Assembly: GCA_951406725.2 (NCBI GenBank)
Contig: OX597819.1
Span: 75,082,001-75,146,000 of the forward strand
DNA length: 64,000 nt
Source: Octopus vulgaris
Lineage: Eukaryota
Direction of reading: 5' to 3'
Shown one piece after another: positions 25,898-39,864 of this stretch. Below the pieces are notes generated by a model. That model saw only the letters and a list, made by a program, of their open reading frames with translations, was not told the DNA's origin and ran no database searches. A program made the translations under genes and the position numbers. The stretch's first letter is position 1; each line of letters starts with the position of its first letter.

Positions 25898-26279
25898 GTC
25901 TTCGCCACCGCCCTCACCGTCTCTATGCCTACTGTTACTCTCACCCCAACATGAGCAATAGTAGGAGTGTCAATGAATAGTGAGAGACACACAGGTATTA
26001 GTTTTCGCATTTATCATATTTGATGTATGTATGTATGTATGTATGTATGTATGTATGTATGTATGTATGTATGTATGTATGTATGTATTGTAACGGTTTT
26101 CTGTCTCTATTTCAATCTACTATTTTGATAGCATAAAATCATTTCTCTCCGTCTTGCCTGCCATTCTCAGTTGTTTCAGCCATCGCACAGACATCTAAAA
26201 TGCTTGGTTTTTACCAGTGAAAATCATGAACATTCTACGGGTCTCACTAATAATATTCTACTCGGCTGGTGGAAATGGT

Positions 26280-27015
26280 TTAGGACAACTGCGGTGTTGA
26301 TGATACCCTATGAAGCAGAAGCATGTGTCCAAGACTGTCCTCTTATTTGTCCTTTTCTTTAACGGTATTTTATTTTATAATTCAATTTTATAGAATTTTT
26401 TATTCTTGAGATCATTTCCCCTTCTTATATGGAATGTTCTCAATTGTCATTTAGTAACTGTGACATATAGTCAAGAGGTAGAGATAATTATAATAAATCA
26501 ACAATTTTTGTTGTATGATATTTGTTATATCTGCATTTGTATATGTTTTTCAAATACATACCAACGGTTACTCTTATTTCTCTTAGTTCATATTATTTTA
26601 AGGCGTGCCTAGCCATAAGTCGTATTTAGCCATAAATGTTTCTTCGACTACCACCCTCATTTTCGTTTTTGTGAGTCTAAGTCCCTTGGCTACTGAAGAT
26701 AAAATTGGACAATTGTCGTGTTGAATACGCCTTTTGATGCAGAAACGGTATCGGTGGTTGTCTTCTGATCTGCAGGCAATAAGCCTGTCCGTTTCCTTAA
26801 CGGAGAATTCTTGGTGCTTTAAATTATCACTCCTTCTCACATGACATTGTTCTCAATTGTCATTTGGTAATGGTAACACATCCTGTAGGGGCGGCAGAAA
26901 TAATTTAAATAAATCAAAAATTTATGTTGTACGGTATTTGATATACCTGTATTTATCTATATTGTTCATATACATGACACTAATCACTAAGAGTTATTTC
27001 TCTTAGCTCATTTCT
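26280..27015. mobile_element. Old Penelope-like remnant: degenerate ~165-bp direct repeats around a GIY-YIG-like fragment on the minus strand
   Basis: 26432-26597 resembles 26846-27015; SVKETDRLIACRSED, SSVAKGLR and KMRVVVEETFMAK resemble decayed GIY-YIG motifs. Confidence 0.5.
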
Positions 27016-28634
27016 ATATAGATGCGTGTGTGTATTTATCTGTGGGTTTGTCTGCCAACCTACATTGATTCCTATACATAAACATAACGCAAATATTCAT
27101 ACATATGAATACACAAACATACATGTATTCATATATACCTAATATATTATGCCATACGCATAAACATGATGCCAGTATAGAGAGCTATTAAGTCTCAACG
27201 GAATAAAATTCTCGACTGTCTGTTTTCAATTTTCTCAGTCTTATTTAGAGAAGTGAATAGTTAATCACTAACATCTAATGTTGATAGTTGGCACGTTTTG
27301 TTTAAATCTTTTTCCTTTTCTCTTCCTTCTTTTGTTTTACATTATACATCCTTCTCTGTAATGTAGTTAGCTATCAATTCCGACGTCATTACCAACATCA
27401 ATACCGCCACCAACGCTGTTGCTGTTTTTAACACCACCACCATCACCACGATTATCACGCATCACCACGACTATCAAAATATCAAACTATGGACGCCATT
27501 CTTTAACAAGCTAACGAAGGAGAAAGAGGGTGGAGTAGTTTCTACGCGGTTCTTCGGCTTACTAAATATAGTAACCAAAAATCTCTCGAATCACATCTTA
27601 ACGTCTAAATGAAAAGAAAGGACTTATAAATGAATATAGTAGTCCAAGATATAAAAAAAAAAACAATGTAATCGACGCTTTTGATTATAAACAACAGATA
27701 AAGCCTGACTTAGGGTAAAAACAACAAAAATGGATCGAGTCAACAAGAGTATCTCAGGTGGTTATTTAGCCTGTCAACAATAACAGCTACATATTCCTAC
27801 CGTCTTAGAGAAAGGAAGGATACACCTAATAATATAGTCACAGGTGTGCGTATGTGTGTGAGATGTGTGTGAGTGTGTGTGTGTATGTGTGTATGTATGT
27901 GTGTGTGCTGTGTGCTAAATAAATACATACGTAATAGTTTGCGCTACGATCGTTTCGACGCCTGGTCGTCTTCAAGATGCGCCCAAAATGACCAAGAGGC
28001 GAAACGATAGGAGTGCAAATGTTTACATTTTTTAAAATATGAAACTCTACGCTCATATTTCGTATTGAGTACTACATATGAAAGTAATCAATTTCGATGT
28101 GACAATATGCATACACACACACACATATACATAATATGTATTCACACATATACATATATGTATACATAAATGTATATACACACATACACACATAACCAGA
28201 ACTACAATTAACCAAGAGGATTTGGGAGTGTTGAAATGCTTCTGTATGGTCGTTCGATATGCTAGAAATAACAACCAATTCGCCCTCAGATTACGTCTCT
28301 ACTGTCTGTAAACGGGAAGAACAAATTATATAGTGTAGTAGTGCTAGCTGTTATACGTGCCTTACATTATTAAATGACTGTATAACCTTCAAGAAATATT
28401 TTTCGATGATCTAAACGAAAATTCTCCTTGTAAGATGAAAGGAATGTTGAAGTTTCATCTGCATATCAGATATCTGCAATGTGTGGATGACAATAAAACT
28501 ACAGTGGGGATGCACCATCCTGCTAGTCGATCGCGGTAACACATCATAACCAAAAGTACGAGTTTTACATCTTGCATAGCAATTCTCTTGACCAAAATAT
28601 AAACAACTATACAGTTGATCCGAAAGAAGATAAT

Positions 28635-28840
28635 ATTGGTTTCAAATTTTTTCACAAGGCCAGCCATTTCCGTAAGACGATAACATAGGGCCCAGTCTTC
28701 AACTGGTACTTATTTTATCGATTCTGAAAGGATAAAAGGTAAAGTCGACCTCGATGAAATTTGAACACTGAAGTCAAGACGGACGAAATGCCGCTAAGCA
28801 TTTTGCCCGGCGTGCGAACGATTCTGCCGGCTCGCCGCCT
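28635..28840 (-). mobile_element. SINE family A, tail C
   Basis: Head, centre and tail recognisable. Confidence 0.85.
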
Positions 28841-29553
28841 TATGAACGAAGATAATATTGAAATACGGTACTCGTATATTGTAGTTTGCGATAAATTTGT
28901 GGTTTTATCCTTTATTCTAGTTTACTATCACAGTATTGTATGTTTCATACAAAAAAAAAAAAAATTCATACATTTCTCCTATAAAAACCACTTTAAATTA
29001 CTTTTTCAATTAGTGCAATATGCTGCTTCTGCTTGCTGCTGTTTGCTTCATGCTCTTCCTTGATGGGGCTAGGGTCAATCCAAGTTAGTGGTCCCAGAGA
29101 CGTCATCATGTGTAGAGCCGAGTAGACCCACCAGTGCTTTCCATCGCTGGCGCTCCCCTGCCAGCCCCTCTGCAACCTTGTAGAAGACACTTTCCCAAGG
29201 TGTCACGCAGTGGACTCGAACCCGGAACCATGTGGTTGGGAAGCAAAATGAAGCACTAATTTTTATGTCTTTTTTTTTTAACAAAATGTTCTTGTAAAAG
29301 AGCAGTGCGTCTTATGAGAGAGTGATAAGATTACTGGCAAATACCACTGGATATTTCATTTGCCATGATAGTATCTCTCCTTTGACAAATCACGTTCACC
29401 TTTTTTTTCAGATTTAACTATTAATCCTTCTATCTAGCAAGCTAGTTATTTATCTACATAGGCCATCCATCAATCGAAATTTTTTAGAATATCTCGTGGC
29501 TGGCATATTCCTCTCGCGGAGAAACTAATCCATCGTTAGATACTTTGGCTCAG

Positions 29554-29778
29554 GCGAGCGGGCAGAAACGTTAGCACGCCAGGCGAAATGCCTAGCGGTA
29601 TTTCGTCTGCCGTTACGTTCTGAGTTCAAATTCCGCCGAGGTCGACTTTGCCTTTCATCCTTTCGGGGTCGATAAATTAAGTACCAGTTACACACTAGGG
29701 TCGATGTAATCGACTTAATCCGTTTGTCTGTCCTTGTTTGTCCCCCCTGTGTTTAGCCCCTTGTGGATAGTAAAGAAA
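29554..29778 (+). mobile_element. SINE family A, Tx1-like tail, with TSD
   Basis: TSD TAGATACTTTGGC(T/C)CAG starting at 29537 and 29779. Confidence 0.95.
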
Positions 29779-29858
29779 TAGATACTTTGGCCCAGCATAA
29801 TACGGAATTTCTTTAACAAGGCACATGAGTGCTTTTAAACTCACCTAACAACCTAAAC

Positions 29859-30108
<250 letters not shown>

Positions 30109-30663
30109 CTCAGGCGCATCGCCCGCAAGTCTGCAGGATACATATATGTTATATACATTAAATGTTTCAATCAATAAAGTAGAGGAGGACGGTAGAGAAG
30201 CCCAACACAAAAGATCGTCTATCTGGAGACTGTAAAGTAGGCAGTTCAATACGAATGAAAGTCGATTTTTGTCTTTCATCATACTGGGGACGGGAGTAAT
30301 AAAATACGTACTAGAAATACTCCTATGCCGATCTGATAAAAATTTTCCCGCCAACACATTTTAACCTGTTTTTTTGGGGTTTTTTTCCTAATTAATTAGT
30401 TGGAAGTGTAGATGATGAACTGACGGAAGAACGGCCATGACATTTTTGTAAGCTCCCATTCTCAATGCAGTTGATGATCTGTTTGAACATCTGTTGATCG
30501 ATGCTTGTAAGATAAAATACAAAAAAAAAAACGCCGTTGGCAAGATGAGAAGTGGGAAGGATATAATGTGGTCGACTGATCTGGTGGAAATAGCAACTGA
30601 ATCTACATAATATCGGACTCAATGCTCAAAAGAAAAACGGACGGATTCATTACACAATGTAGT

Positions 30664-30742
<79 letters not shown>

Positions 30743-30790
30743 GGATGGATGGATGGATGGATGGATGGATAGATAGATAGATAGATAGAT

Positions 30791-30877
<87 letters not shown>

Positions 30878-30879
30878 TA

Positions 30880-32004
30880 TGTTTCTTTATTAGCCACACA
30901 GGGCTGCACACAGATAGAACAAATTACAAGGTAGAGCTTTTCTTTTGAAGGTTTTAAAAAAAAAAAATAAAAATAAAAAAATAAAAAATAATAAAATAAA
31001 AAATAAAATAAAATAAAAAAAGGGGGGGTCGATCAAAAGGGATCGTAAAAGGAGAGAAGGAGGACAAAAAAAGGGGGGGGGTTAAAAAAAAAGGGGGAGA
31101 GGAAAAAAGTTGATCAATAGGGATCGTTATCACAGAAATGTCAATATGAAGTGTAAAGGGGAGGACAGGTGAGGTTTACCCGTGGAAAGAAAAGCCTACG
31201 GAAAAGACCACGGTAACCTCGGTCAATGAAGTCACATGTTATATTTCTTTTTTTTTTTTGCAAATAAGCAACTCTCTGTATTAATTTTTATGGTTCATAG
31301 AATCATAGTGAAGGTGGCTTCGTCATTCATACGTGCCATCCTTGCTACATTCACCCATCTTTTTTTAAAACATTCACTAGACAAAACTTGCCTCTCTACT
31401 CTCACTTTTTTCTTCAAGTGATACTTGAAGAAGTTGATGAGAGATTGACCAGAGAGGAAAGTGTTTGTCTCTAATCCTTTCAGACACGTCCACCAGATAC
31501 ATTCTTTCGCCATAGCCACAAGTATGATAAAAATAGCTCTTCCTTCCCGTTTGAAGGAAGGAGGCGTGACGATATTAACGATAGACTCGGCTGATAAACC
31601 GACACGTCCCACACGTGACAGCAGTCGTTCGACATAAGCCCACAGGTGGGAAGTTGCTGGACACTGCACGATTGCGTGCAGAGCGGTTTCGTCGCTCTGC
31701 CCGCATCTCGGGCAGGTCGGCCCCGTGTTTCTCGAGCCATGCCTATAGAGCTTATCCCGAACGGGTAGCGCTTCTCGGTAGCACCGCCAGGCCAGGGATC
31801 TCTGGAAGTTGTCCATAGGTCCCGGGCCGAAAGTCGTTTGAAACAGGCGGGTCAGGTATTCCTCGTCGACGCCCAGGTTTGCCCCGAGTTCGTCGTCGTA
31901 CCTCCCCTCCACTAATCCCCTATAGAATGCTTTGGTTGTGTTGAAGTCACTCAAGGTCGACCCGGGTTGGCAGAGTTGCTTGAGAGCAACGCGACACTCG
32001 CGGT
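30880..32004 (-). mobile_element. Young 5'-truncated Tx1-clade retrotransposon with complete 3' UTR, inserted in (GATA)n
   Basis: Uninterrupted frame 32004-31295 (FYRGLVEG..LAWRCYREALPVRDKL..CPRC..ETALHAIVQC); 16-bp TSD GACAGACAGACAGATA at 30864-30879 and 32005-32020. Confidence 0.93.
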
Positions 32005-32015
32005 GACAGACAGAC

Positions 32016-32132
<117 letters not shown>

Positions 32133-32224
32133 CATGCATACATATATACATACATACATTCATTCTTGTATATTTTAGGATTATCACCCGCAAGTCAAAA
32201 GTTAGTACATATCTTTTATCGTTT

Positions 32225-32462
32225 ATCTTTCACTTCTTTTAGTCACTGGACCACTGCCATGCTGGAGCACCATCATGAAAGGTTTGTCATGCTGGTACAC
32301 CGCATTCGAAAGTTTTTGTCGAACAAATCAGGTCCAGTACTTTTTTCTGTGTAAGGTTTGGTATATATTTTATCGGCATCTTTTGCCGATCCGCTAGTTT
32401 ACAGGGACGTAAACAAACCAGCACGGGTTGTCAACCTGTAAGGGACAAATACTGACACTAAG
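32225..32462 (-). mobile_element. SINE family B 3' part, diverged
   Basis: ttttgccgatccgctagtttacagggacgtaaac..ggttgtcaa; gccatgctggagcac. Confidence 0.7.
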
Positions 32463-32589
32463 ATACACACACACACACATGTGTGTATCTTTCTGTCAGT
32501 GTCTGTTCCTCATCTCTCTCTATCTCTCTAATATATATATATATGTGGGGTAGGGGTGGGGTATGTGTGAGTGGGATGTGTGGGGGTGG

Positions 32590-33240
32590 ATGGGGGGTAT
32601 CAATGAAGGGAGAAAGTGGGTATGAGTGAAGAGAGGAAGTAGGGTTAGATGAAGAGAGGAGAGGAGGAGAGTCAGATGAAGAGGGGAGGGGAGTTGAGCC
32701 CATGTGGCGCAAAGGAGAAAAGAGAGAAGATTAATTCCTGTTCACGGCGAAGGTGGGAGTCCGGATGGCCTCTGTGCAAAGATAATCCGAATACAGGTGT
32801 TGTAATGAATGACCAGTAGAGCGGAAATGGCGCAAGACCGAGGTGTCATTGCCGAGTCTAATGTCTCGGAGTTGCTCCGCGAACCGGTCAGCCAAACGGC
32901 GTCCCTTTTGACTGATGTACAGAGAAGGACAGAAAGAGCAGGAGATGCGGTAAATGTCGTTGCTAGAAGTGCAAGTAAAGGAGTCAGTGATATGATAGGG
33001 ACGATGATGGGTGCCTGCGAGGATGGTGGTGCTGGAGAGGTAGGGGAAAGTGCGGCACCGTGGGCGGGAGCAGAGGAATGAGCCAGGTTGGGAGGTGGGG
33101 TTAGGGAAGAAACTGTGGACCAGGAGGTCACATAGACGGGTTTCAACACAGTTTCCGAATCTAAAATTCACTCATAAGTCTTTCGTCACCACGGGATTAT
33201 GGCAGAATGCGGTCAAATTTACGAACTGTTAATTTTGTGC
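32590..33240 (-). mobile_element. Penelope-like element fragment (GIY-YIG)
   Basis: FTCTSSNDIYRISCSFCPSLYISQKGRRLADRFAEQLRDIR..SVLRHF. Confidence 0.88.
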
Positions 33241-33519
33241 TGGGTAAGTCGCTGGTATGTTTGTTTTGATGCTTCGATATGATTATGGCTTTCATGATTA
33301 ATCTTCTATTTTTGCGAGGAATTTCGCAGAGTGTGTACGTATTATCACAAATATATTTCTGACTTTGTTTTGTCGTGTGGATTTTATAGAATATTATCCA
33401 TTAATATTTTTCTATTTATCTTTGTTTTGTGGCGTGGTGTGGTGTGATTTGGTTTGATGATTGCTCCTTGTTGTAGATGCATGGTGAGTCTATGAGAGAA
33501 TGTTGTACTAATAATAATA

Positions 33520-33946
33520 GGCGCAGGCGTGACTGAATGGTCAGAAGTTTGTTTCCAATCCACACGGTTCCGAGTTCAGTCCCGCTGCGTAACACTCCGG
33601 TCAAGTGTCTCCTACTTTAGCCACTGGCCAGCCAAAGCCTTGTGAGTGGATTTGATAGACGGAAACTGAAAGAAGCCCGTCGTGTGTGTATGTGTGTTTG
33701 TGTGAGAGAGAGAGTGCGCGCGTGCGTGTTTGTTTCTGTGTTTGTTCCCCACCACCGCTTGACAGCCGGTATTAGTGTGTTAACGTCAGTACGATCTAGC
33801 GGTCCGACAAAAGTGAATGATAGAAGTACCAGACTTTTAAAAAAGAATTAAATACTGGGATCGATTCGTTCGATTAAAATTCTTCCAGGCAGTGCTCCTG
33901 CATGGCCGCTGATAATTGACTGAAACAAATAAGAGATAAAGGATAA
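33520..33946 (+). mobile_element. SINE family B, near full length
   Basis: tRNA-like head, internal (TG)n, 3' gactgaaacaa.. Confidence 0.9.
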
Positions 33947-34344
33947 TATGGCCGCTGTAACAGCTGGAACTCTGATGTTTACAATTTCCAGTTTTACATT
34001 GGTCATTGACAGCTTGTTCTTGAATTTACATGCAAGTTACGCGTTAATTTGTTTTATGAGGTCATATTTATGTAAGCACGACCTACTGAAATATCACCTC
34101 AATAAAACAAATTCATACGTAACCACTGACGTATAAGCCTATGGCAGTAAAGTTTACAAATATTCGGCCACTGTATAAGAAGTAAAATACAATGCAAGTC
34201 GTTTTCAATTTCTGGAAGGAGAGTGGGAATGTCTGGAAATGATGAGTATAGATTTAGGAACTTCACTGTTCCAAACTGACAGCAAGAAACTGATACGAAA
34301 ATATATGAAGAGTCTGTCATAATAAAGATAACACTGGAATAGAT

Positions 34345-34517
34345 ATGGATATGCATGCATACATACATACATACATACATACATACATACATACATACAT
34401 ACATACATACACATGTAAGCATATATACGTATGTATGTATGTATGTATGTATGTATGTATGTATGTATGCATGCATGCGTGCATGTATGTATGTATGTAT
34501 CTATCTATCTATCTATC

Positions 34518-34567
<50 letters not shown>

Positions 34568-34870
34568 AATACGTATTATATACATACACACACATATATA
34601 TACACCTATATATATATATAATTGCGCGTTTATATATATACACACACTTATATATATATATATATATATAGATGTGTATATATAAGTATATACATATGTA
34701 TGTGTGTGTATGTATATGTAGATAGATAGATAGACAGACAGACACATATATGTATGCATTTTTGTATGTGTGAGTACGTGTGCATTTGCATAAGTGTACA
34801 TAGACGGGCGCACTAATATGCATGTGTTTGCATATGTGCACATTACGCAGATGGGCCTGCGCGTATGTGT
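34345..34870. repeat. Compound TACA/TATG/TATC/TG/TA microsatellite
   Basis: Directly visible. Confidence 0.9.
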
Positions 34871-35385
34871 ATGAGTGCTCTAGATCTTAACACATGTTGC
34901 TATCTGTAGAATATTCTGGAAATGAGTCAATAAATAGAATCGTGTTCTTTAAACATTTGTTTTTGTTTTCTTTCTTAACCTTTTACAAAAAAAATCAGAA
35001 TTGCTACTGATTCTGCTTTATAGAAGTTGTTGAAAAAAGCGAAACGACGTCTATGAAGACATCTGAAAATCGGATACTGAAACAAAAATTGAATTTATTG
35101 ATTCGGTGTCTGGATTGTTGGAGATCAATAAAATAGCAGGGTGGATGCTCTAGAAATTTCTGATTCGTAAAAATCGCCATTGTTTGCGTAAAATAAAATG
35201 AAAATAAAGATAAATCTGTACGTCAGTAGAGCTGCTATATGATTCCGATTCTGTCGAAATGGTCTAATATCAAATAAACAGAAACAATGTCGGTCGGAGG
35301 ATGGATGGATGGATGAATGGACGAATTGATAGATGAATAGAAAGACGAGTGGATTAATGGATCGTGACAATCAATAATAATAATA

Positions 35386-35774
35386 ATCATTTCTTCTAAA
35401 GGCACAAGGCCTGAAATTTTGGTGGGATGGGAATAGTCAATTACATCGACCCCAGTGTTTCACTGGTACTTAATTTATCGACCCCGAAAGGATGAAAGAC
35501 AAAGCTGACCTCGGTGGAATTTGTACTCAGAACGTAACGACAGATGAAATACCTATTTATTTACTACCCACAAGGGGCTAAACACAGAAGAGACAAACAA
35601 GGACAGACAAACGGATTAAGTCGATTATATCAACCCCAGTGCGTAACTGGTACTTAATTCATCCACCCCGAAAGGATGAAAGGCAAAGTCAACCTCGGCA
35701 GAATTTGAACTCAGAACGTAACGGCAGACGAAATACCGCTAAGCATTTCGCCCGTTTCTGCCAGCTCACCGCCT
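35386..35774 (-). mobile_element. Dimeric or nested SINE family A (Tx1-tail monomer followed by a headless tail-B monomer)
   Basis: Junction gaaatacc|tatttatttactacccac near 35553; two central domains. Confidence 0.88.
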
Positions 35775-35795
35775 TATTATTATCAATATTATTAT

Positions 35796-36110
35796 TGAGT
35801 GAGTGAGTTAGGGAGTGAGTAAGTGAGCCATCAAAGTGACACTGGGGTACAGATGTACGAAGCCCAATACACCCGTTATGACTACCCGTCTGATATGGGT
35901 ACGTACATCACAACCACATGTGCGCGACATGGTGATTTCATATCAAGATAAATAGCACATAATCTTGCAGGTTAGAATTTTCTTCAGGCCGAGTAACCCA
36001 TTCCGCTCAAATGGTCCCTGAATAAGAATTGTTTAAGTATGTTGAACGAAATATTAATGTTTCCAGAGGTGAATAATTCAAACCCCAAAGAATTCCTCTC
36101 AACACATGGC

Positions 36111-36111
<1 letters not shown>
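35796..36111 (-). mobile_element. 5'-truncated copy of the ~540-bp TAA-associated repeat
   Basis: Reverse complement aligns with about 20455-20760; TAT repeats on both sides. Confidence 0.8.
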
Positions 36112-36143
<32 letters not shown>

Positions 36144-36146
36144 CAA

Positions 36147-37066
36147 TATATGTTTGGCTTTTGCTTTGTATTTGTACAAGTTGGCTTCAAGTCTCACCCA
36201 GAGACCTCAAGAGGCAACAAATTAGAAGTTCATGTTGGTGTTATGCCTAGGGTGTCATATATTTGGTTTTGCACATAGTATTGTTCTTGAGAATATTTAA
36301 GAAAACATAAGAAAATTATGAGTTTGTTTTAAAATTTGAGATTACATAGATAGTATTTTACGTAGGATGTGGGCAGTTCCCATGAGCACTATCTTTTGAA
36401 TTTCTGCCATTTTGGGGTTTCCTGATATCTGAGCTAGGTAGCAATCAGCCCTTTTTGCTATCATTCCTAGGGCACCTATGACAACAAGTATTGTTTTATA
36501 GTCTTGAGGTTCTACAATTTGCCAATTTCTATTTCAAGATCTTTATACTTGCTCAGTTTTGGGTAGATCTTGACAGATACATTTATATCAATGAGGAGGC
36601 ATGATTTTTGTCTGAAGTCCTTCAATATAACGTCTGGCCTACGGTCAGTTTGAATGGTGAAGTTCCAGAGAAGTAAGATGTGATCATTTTCAAGTACTAG
36701 AGGTGGTTTGGCTTCCCACCAGTTTTTATCATGGGGCAGGTCCAAGTTTTTGCAAATTACCCAGTGAATATATTGTGCTGCTCTATCATGCCTGTTGAGA
36801 TACTCTTTAGGTGCAAGAAGACTGCACATGGAGACAACATGATCAATGGTTTCATTTTGTTGTTGACATACACGACATGTTGGACAGCTTTAATATGTTG
36901 GCCTGGTAGTTTCTTGTAGGTAGGCATTGATCTTGAGCTGCTATGATAAACCATTCTGTTTCTGATTTTAAGCCAGAATCCACTAACCATTGACGGGAAA
37001 GGGCTTTGTCAACATCGGCACTATTAGCTCTCTTTGGGTACTTGCAATTGAGAGGTTTTTCTAGCC

Positions 37067-37068
<2 letters not shown>
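36147..37068 (-). mobile_element. R4/Dong-type retrotransposon 3' fragment inserted in (TAA)n
   Basis: LKSETEWFIIAAQDQCLPTRNY, YLNRHDRAAQYIHW, RPDVI..LIDI; same 3' UTR as 12044-12737. Confidence 0.92.
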
Positions 37069-37123
<55 letters not shown>

Positions 37124-37173
37124 TATTATTATTATTATCATTATTATCATCATCATCATCATCATTAATAGTG

Positions 37174-37208
<35 letters not shown>

Positions 37209-37670
37209 AATAATAATAATAATAATATCTATATTCCCTTGTTTGTTGCTTGGAAGATTGCACAGACTCGGGAATAGGAGGTACATTTATAGGGTTGGTA
37301 AGGCAATGAAAACACTTTTAAACATTCTAGGTTGGACCTGAGTTTGTACCCGCAAAGCAAATTTCGTTCCCACACTTATGAAGGATTGCATATAGTGCGA
37401 AACCGTCACGATTATGTAAGCAGTTGTACCATTTACCAAGATAACGTTTGCTACATAAACTGTATATATATATATCGTTTATCTTTTGCTAGGGAATAGG
37501 ATTTGACAGTTTCGAATGAACCCTGATTTTGTTGCTCTATGTAAATATGATTTATTATCTAATATTTAATTTAATTCTGTGTATTTGTATTTCGTAAACT
37601 TGACGGGTAATAATAGCAGATCTGTTTTATTAATCGGGAACCATTCCTGGTCGAAATCTTGGCTACGTCC

Positions 37671-37763
<93 letters not shown>

Positions 37764-38384
37764 AAAGATTCTTTGGGTCAATACTGAGCAATAAGCTGGA
37801 GATGGGATATGACCGGGATTGTAATAAATATCTGGTGACGGTGAAAATGCCAATATGACCATATAAAAAAAAAATACCCTTGCTATTTTCAGATGTTGGA
37901 AATGATCCAATTATAGCCATTTGAGACGTTGCGCAGTAAAATTAGTTGCAGAATCAGTGTTTTATTGTGCCAATGCCAAGAGATCGTTAATATACTAATA
38001 TGGAAGGGATGAAGGTAGAAACTAAAGAAACAGCATCAACAATAACAACAGTAGCAACACCGATTTCAAAGATTAACAATAGCAATAGCGCAACCTTATA
38101 TAAGCACACGGACGTATTTACTCATACCCACAAATGTACACCCACACACTTGTATGAAAACCTCTTATCCGTTGACTCGCCAATAGTAAGAATGGTTGTT
38201 GTAAAAGAATAAGAAAGCAGACGAATGACTTTACAAAGTGAAAGTGCTAAACGGATAATAGTCAATACAGTTTATTTCTTCTGTTTATCTTATCTAAAAG
38301 ACACGGCCTCACCGATTGCAAGAGAATAGGATATACACATACACACGCGCACGCATGTACGCACACACACACGCACACACATCC

Positions 38385-38764
38385 ACAGGCGTGCTGTGTA
38401 GTAAGAAGCTTGCTTCCTAACCACATGATTCCGGGTTCAGTCCCACTGCATGTCACCTTGGGCCAGTGTCTTCTACAATAGCCCCAGGGTCAACCAAAAC
38501 TTTGTGAGTGTATTTGGTAGACGGAAACTGGAAGAAGCCCGTCGCATGTGTGTGTGTATGTGTGTGTGTGTCTTTGTGTTTGTGTTTGTCCCCACCACCG
38601 CTTGACAACCAATGTTGGTGTGTTTACGTCCGTGTGATTTATCGGTTCTGCAAAAGATCCGATAGAACAAGTACTACACTTTAAAAAGAAATAAGTTTTG
38701 AGGTCAATTCATTCCACTAAAATAATTCTTCGAGGCGGTGTAAAATATACTCAAGTAAAAAGTA

Positions 38765-38765
<1 letters not shown>
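38385..38765 (+). mobile_element. SINE family B
   Basis: Aligns with 33520-33946. Confidence 0.88.
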
Positions 38766-38820
<55 letters not shown>

Positions 38821-38952
38821 AAGTATATATATATACTTGAGATTCAGATGAGTTAGGCACTTTATTTGAAGCACCAAATCGGTGCGGTATTATCGGTACA
38901 ACTCAAAAGAAGGTGAATAAAATCAAAATAAGCAACAGGATATCAAGAGGTG

Positions 38953-39040
38953 ATGCAATACGACCATTTCAAGCGGCTTCATTTAATTGAACAATACAAT
39001 CATTATATCAATTTAAGTGAAGGGCTATCCTCAGCTGCAT
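38953..39040 (-). ncRNA. Hammerhead motif with long stem II
   Basis: Minus: atgcag|CTGAGGA|long stem (cttca..attga / tcaat..tgaag)|GAAA-tggtc-GTA|ttgcat. Confidence 0.6.
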
Positions 39041-39428
39041 AAATAAATAAATAGAATTTTAATCAGTTGGACACATTAATATAATTCTACTCAAATGCTC
39101 CAATAGAGCAAGAACACGGAAAGAATCCATGTTGTCACTAATATAGCTAAGAATATACTACACTTCTAAGAATTGTATAATTTTTTTTTGGGGGGGGGGG
39201 GCATGCTTGTAAAGGATTGTGGTTCATTTTGGTTGTTGATTAAAAGACTAATAAATTAAAAATGAACAGAATATACAGTGTAGTATATTCTTAGACACAT
39301 TAGTGTCAACATGGACTCTTTCCGTCTTCTTGCTCTATTGGAGTATTTGAGTAAAATTATATTAATGTGTCCTACTGATTAAAAATTCCATTTATTTAGT
39401 TATGCCGCTGAGGATAGCCATTTACTGC
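39016..39428. repeat. Inverted repeat, ~150-bp arms and ~110-bp spacer (inverted pLTR-like)
   Basis: 39016-39164 is the reverse complement of 39277-39428. Confidence 0.9.
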
Positions 39429-39864
39429 AACACTCCCTCTATGCGCTCTTAATAGTATTTTGAGAAGAAAAGAAATTTGCTGAACGAAACCCAAATTTTC
39501 ATTTTTGTCATTAGGAACCCAATATCTTACGCAAGACAGATGATATGAAAGTTGTACGAATAGAAAGTAGATGATAGGTTTGTTTTAAAATGCTCTTTAT
39601 AATAAAAAGTTTGAAGAAAGCATTTTAAATGTCAAGAAGTGTATTGCTATGTATCTTAGTATCTTTTAAATTGAAGTGTACTAGATGTTTCTTTTTATGC
39701 TTAAATCAAAAGTTGCCTGCTTAAATAGCTCTAACTACAATTTGGGTAGTAATACTTTGATACTTTGATACTTTGATAGGTTTCGGCCATTATTGGCCCA
39801 GGCCATGTCTAACTTAATAGCACCACCTGGTAATATGTAATGTTCTTTTCTTTCTTTTAAGTTA

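Noticed and set aside
29554-29640. tRNA gene
   Set aside because: A/B boxes belong to a SINE head; no cloverleaf and followed by SINE body
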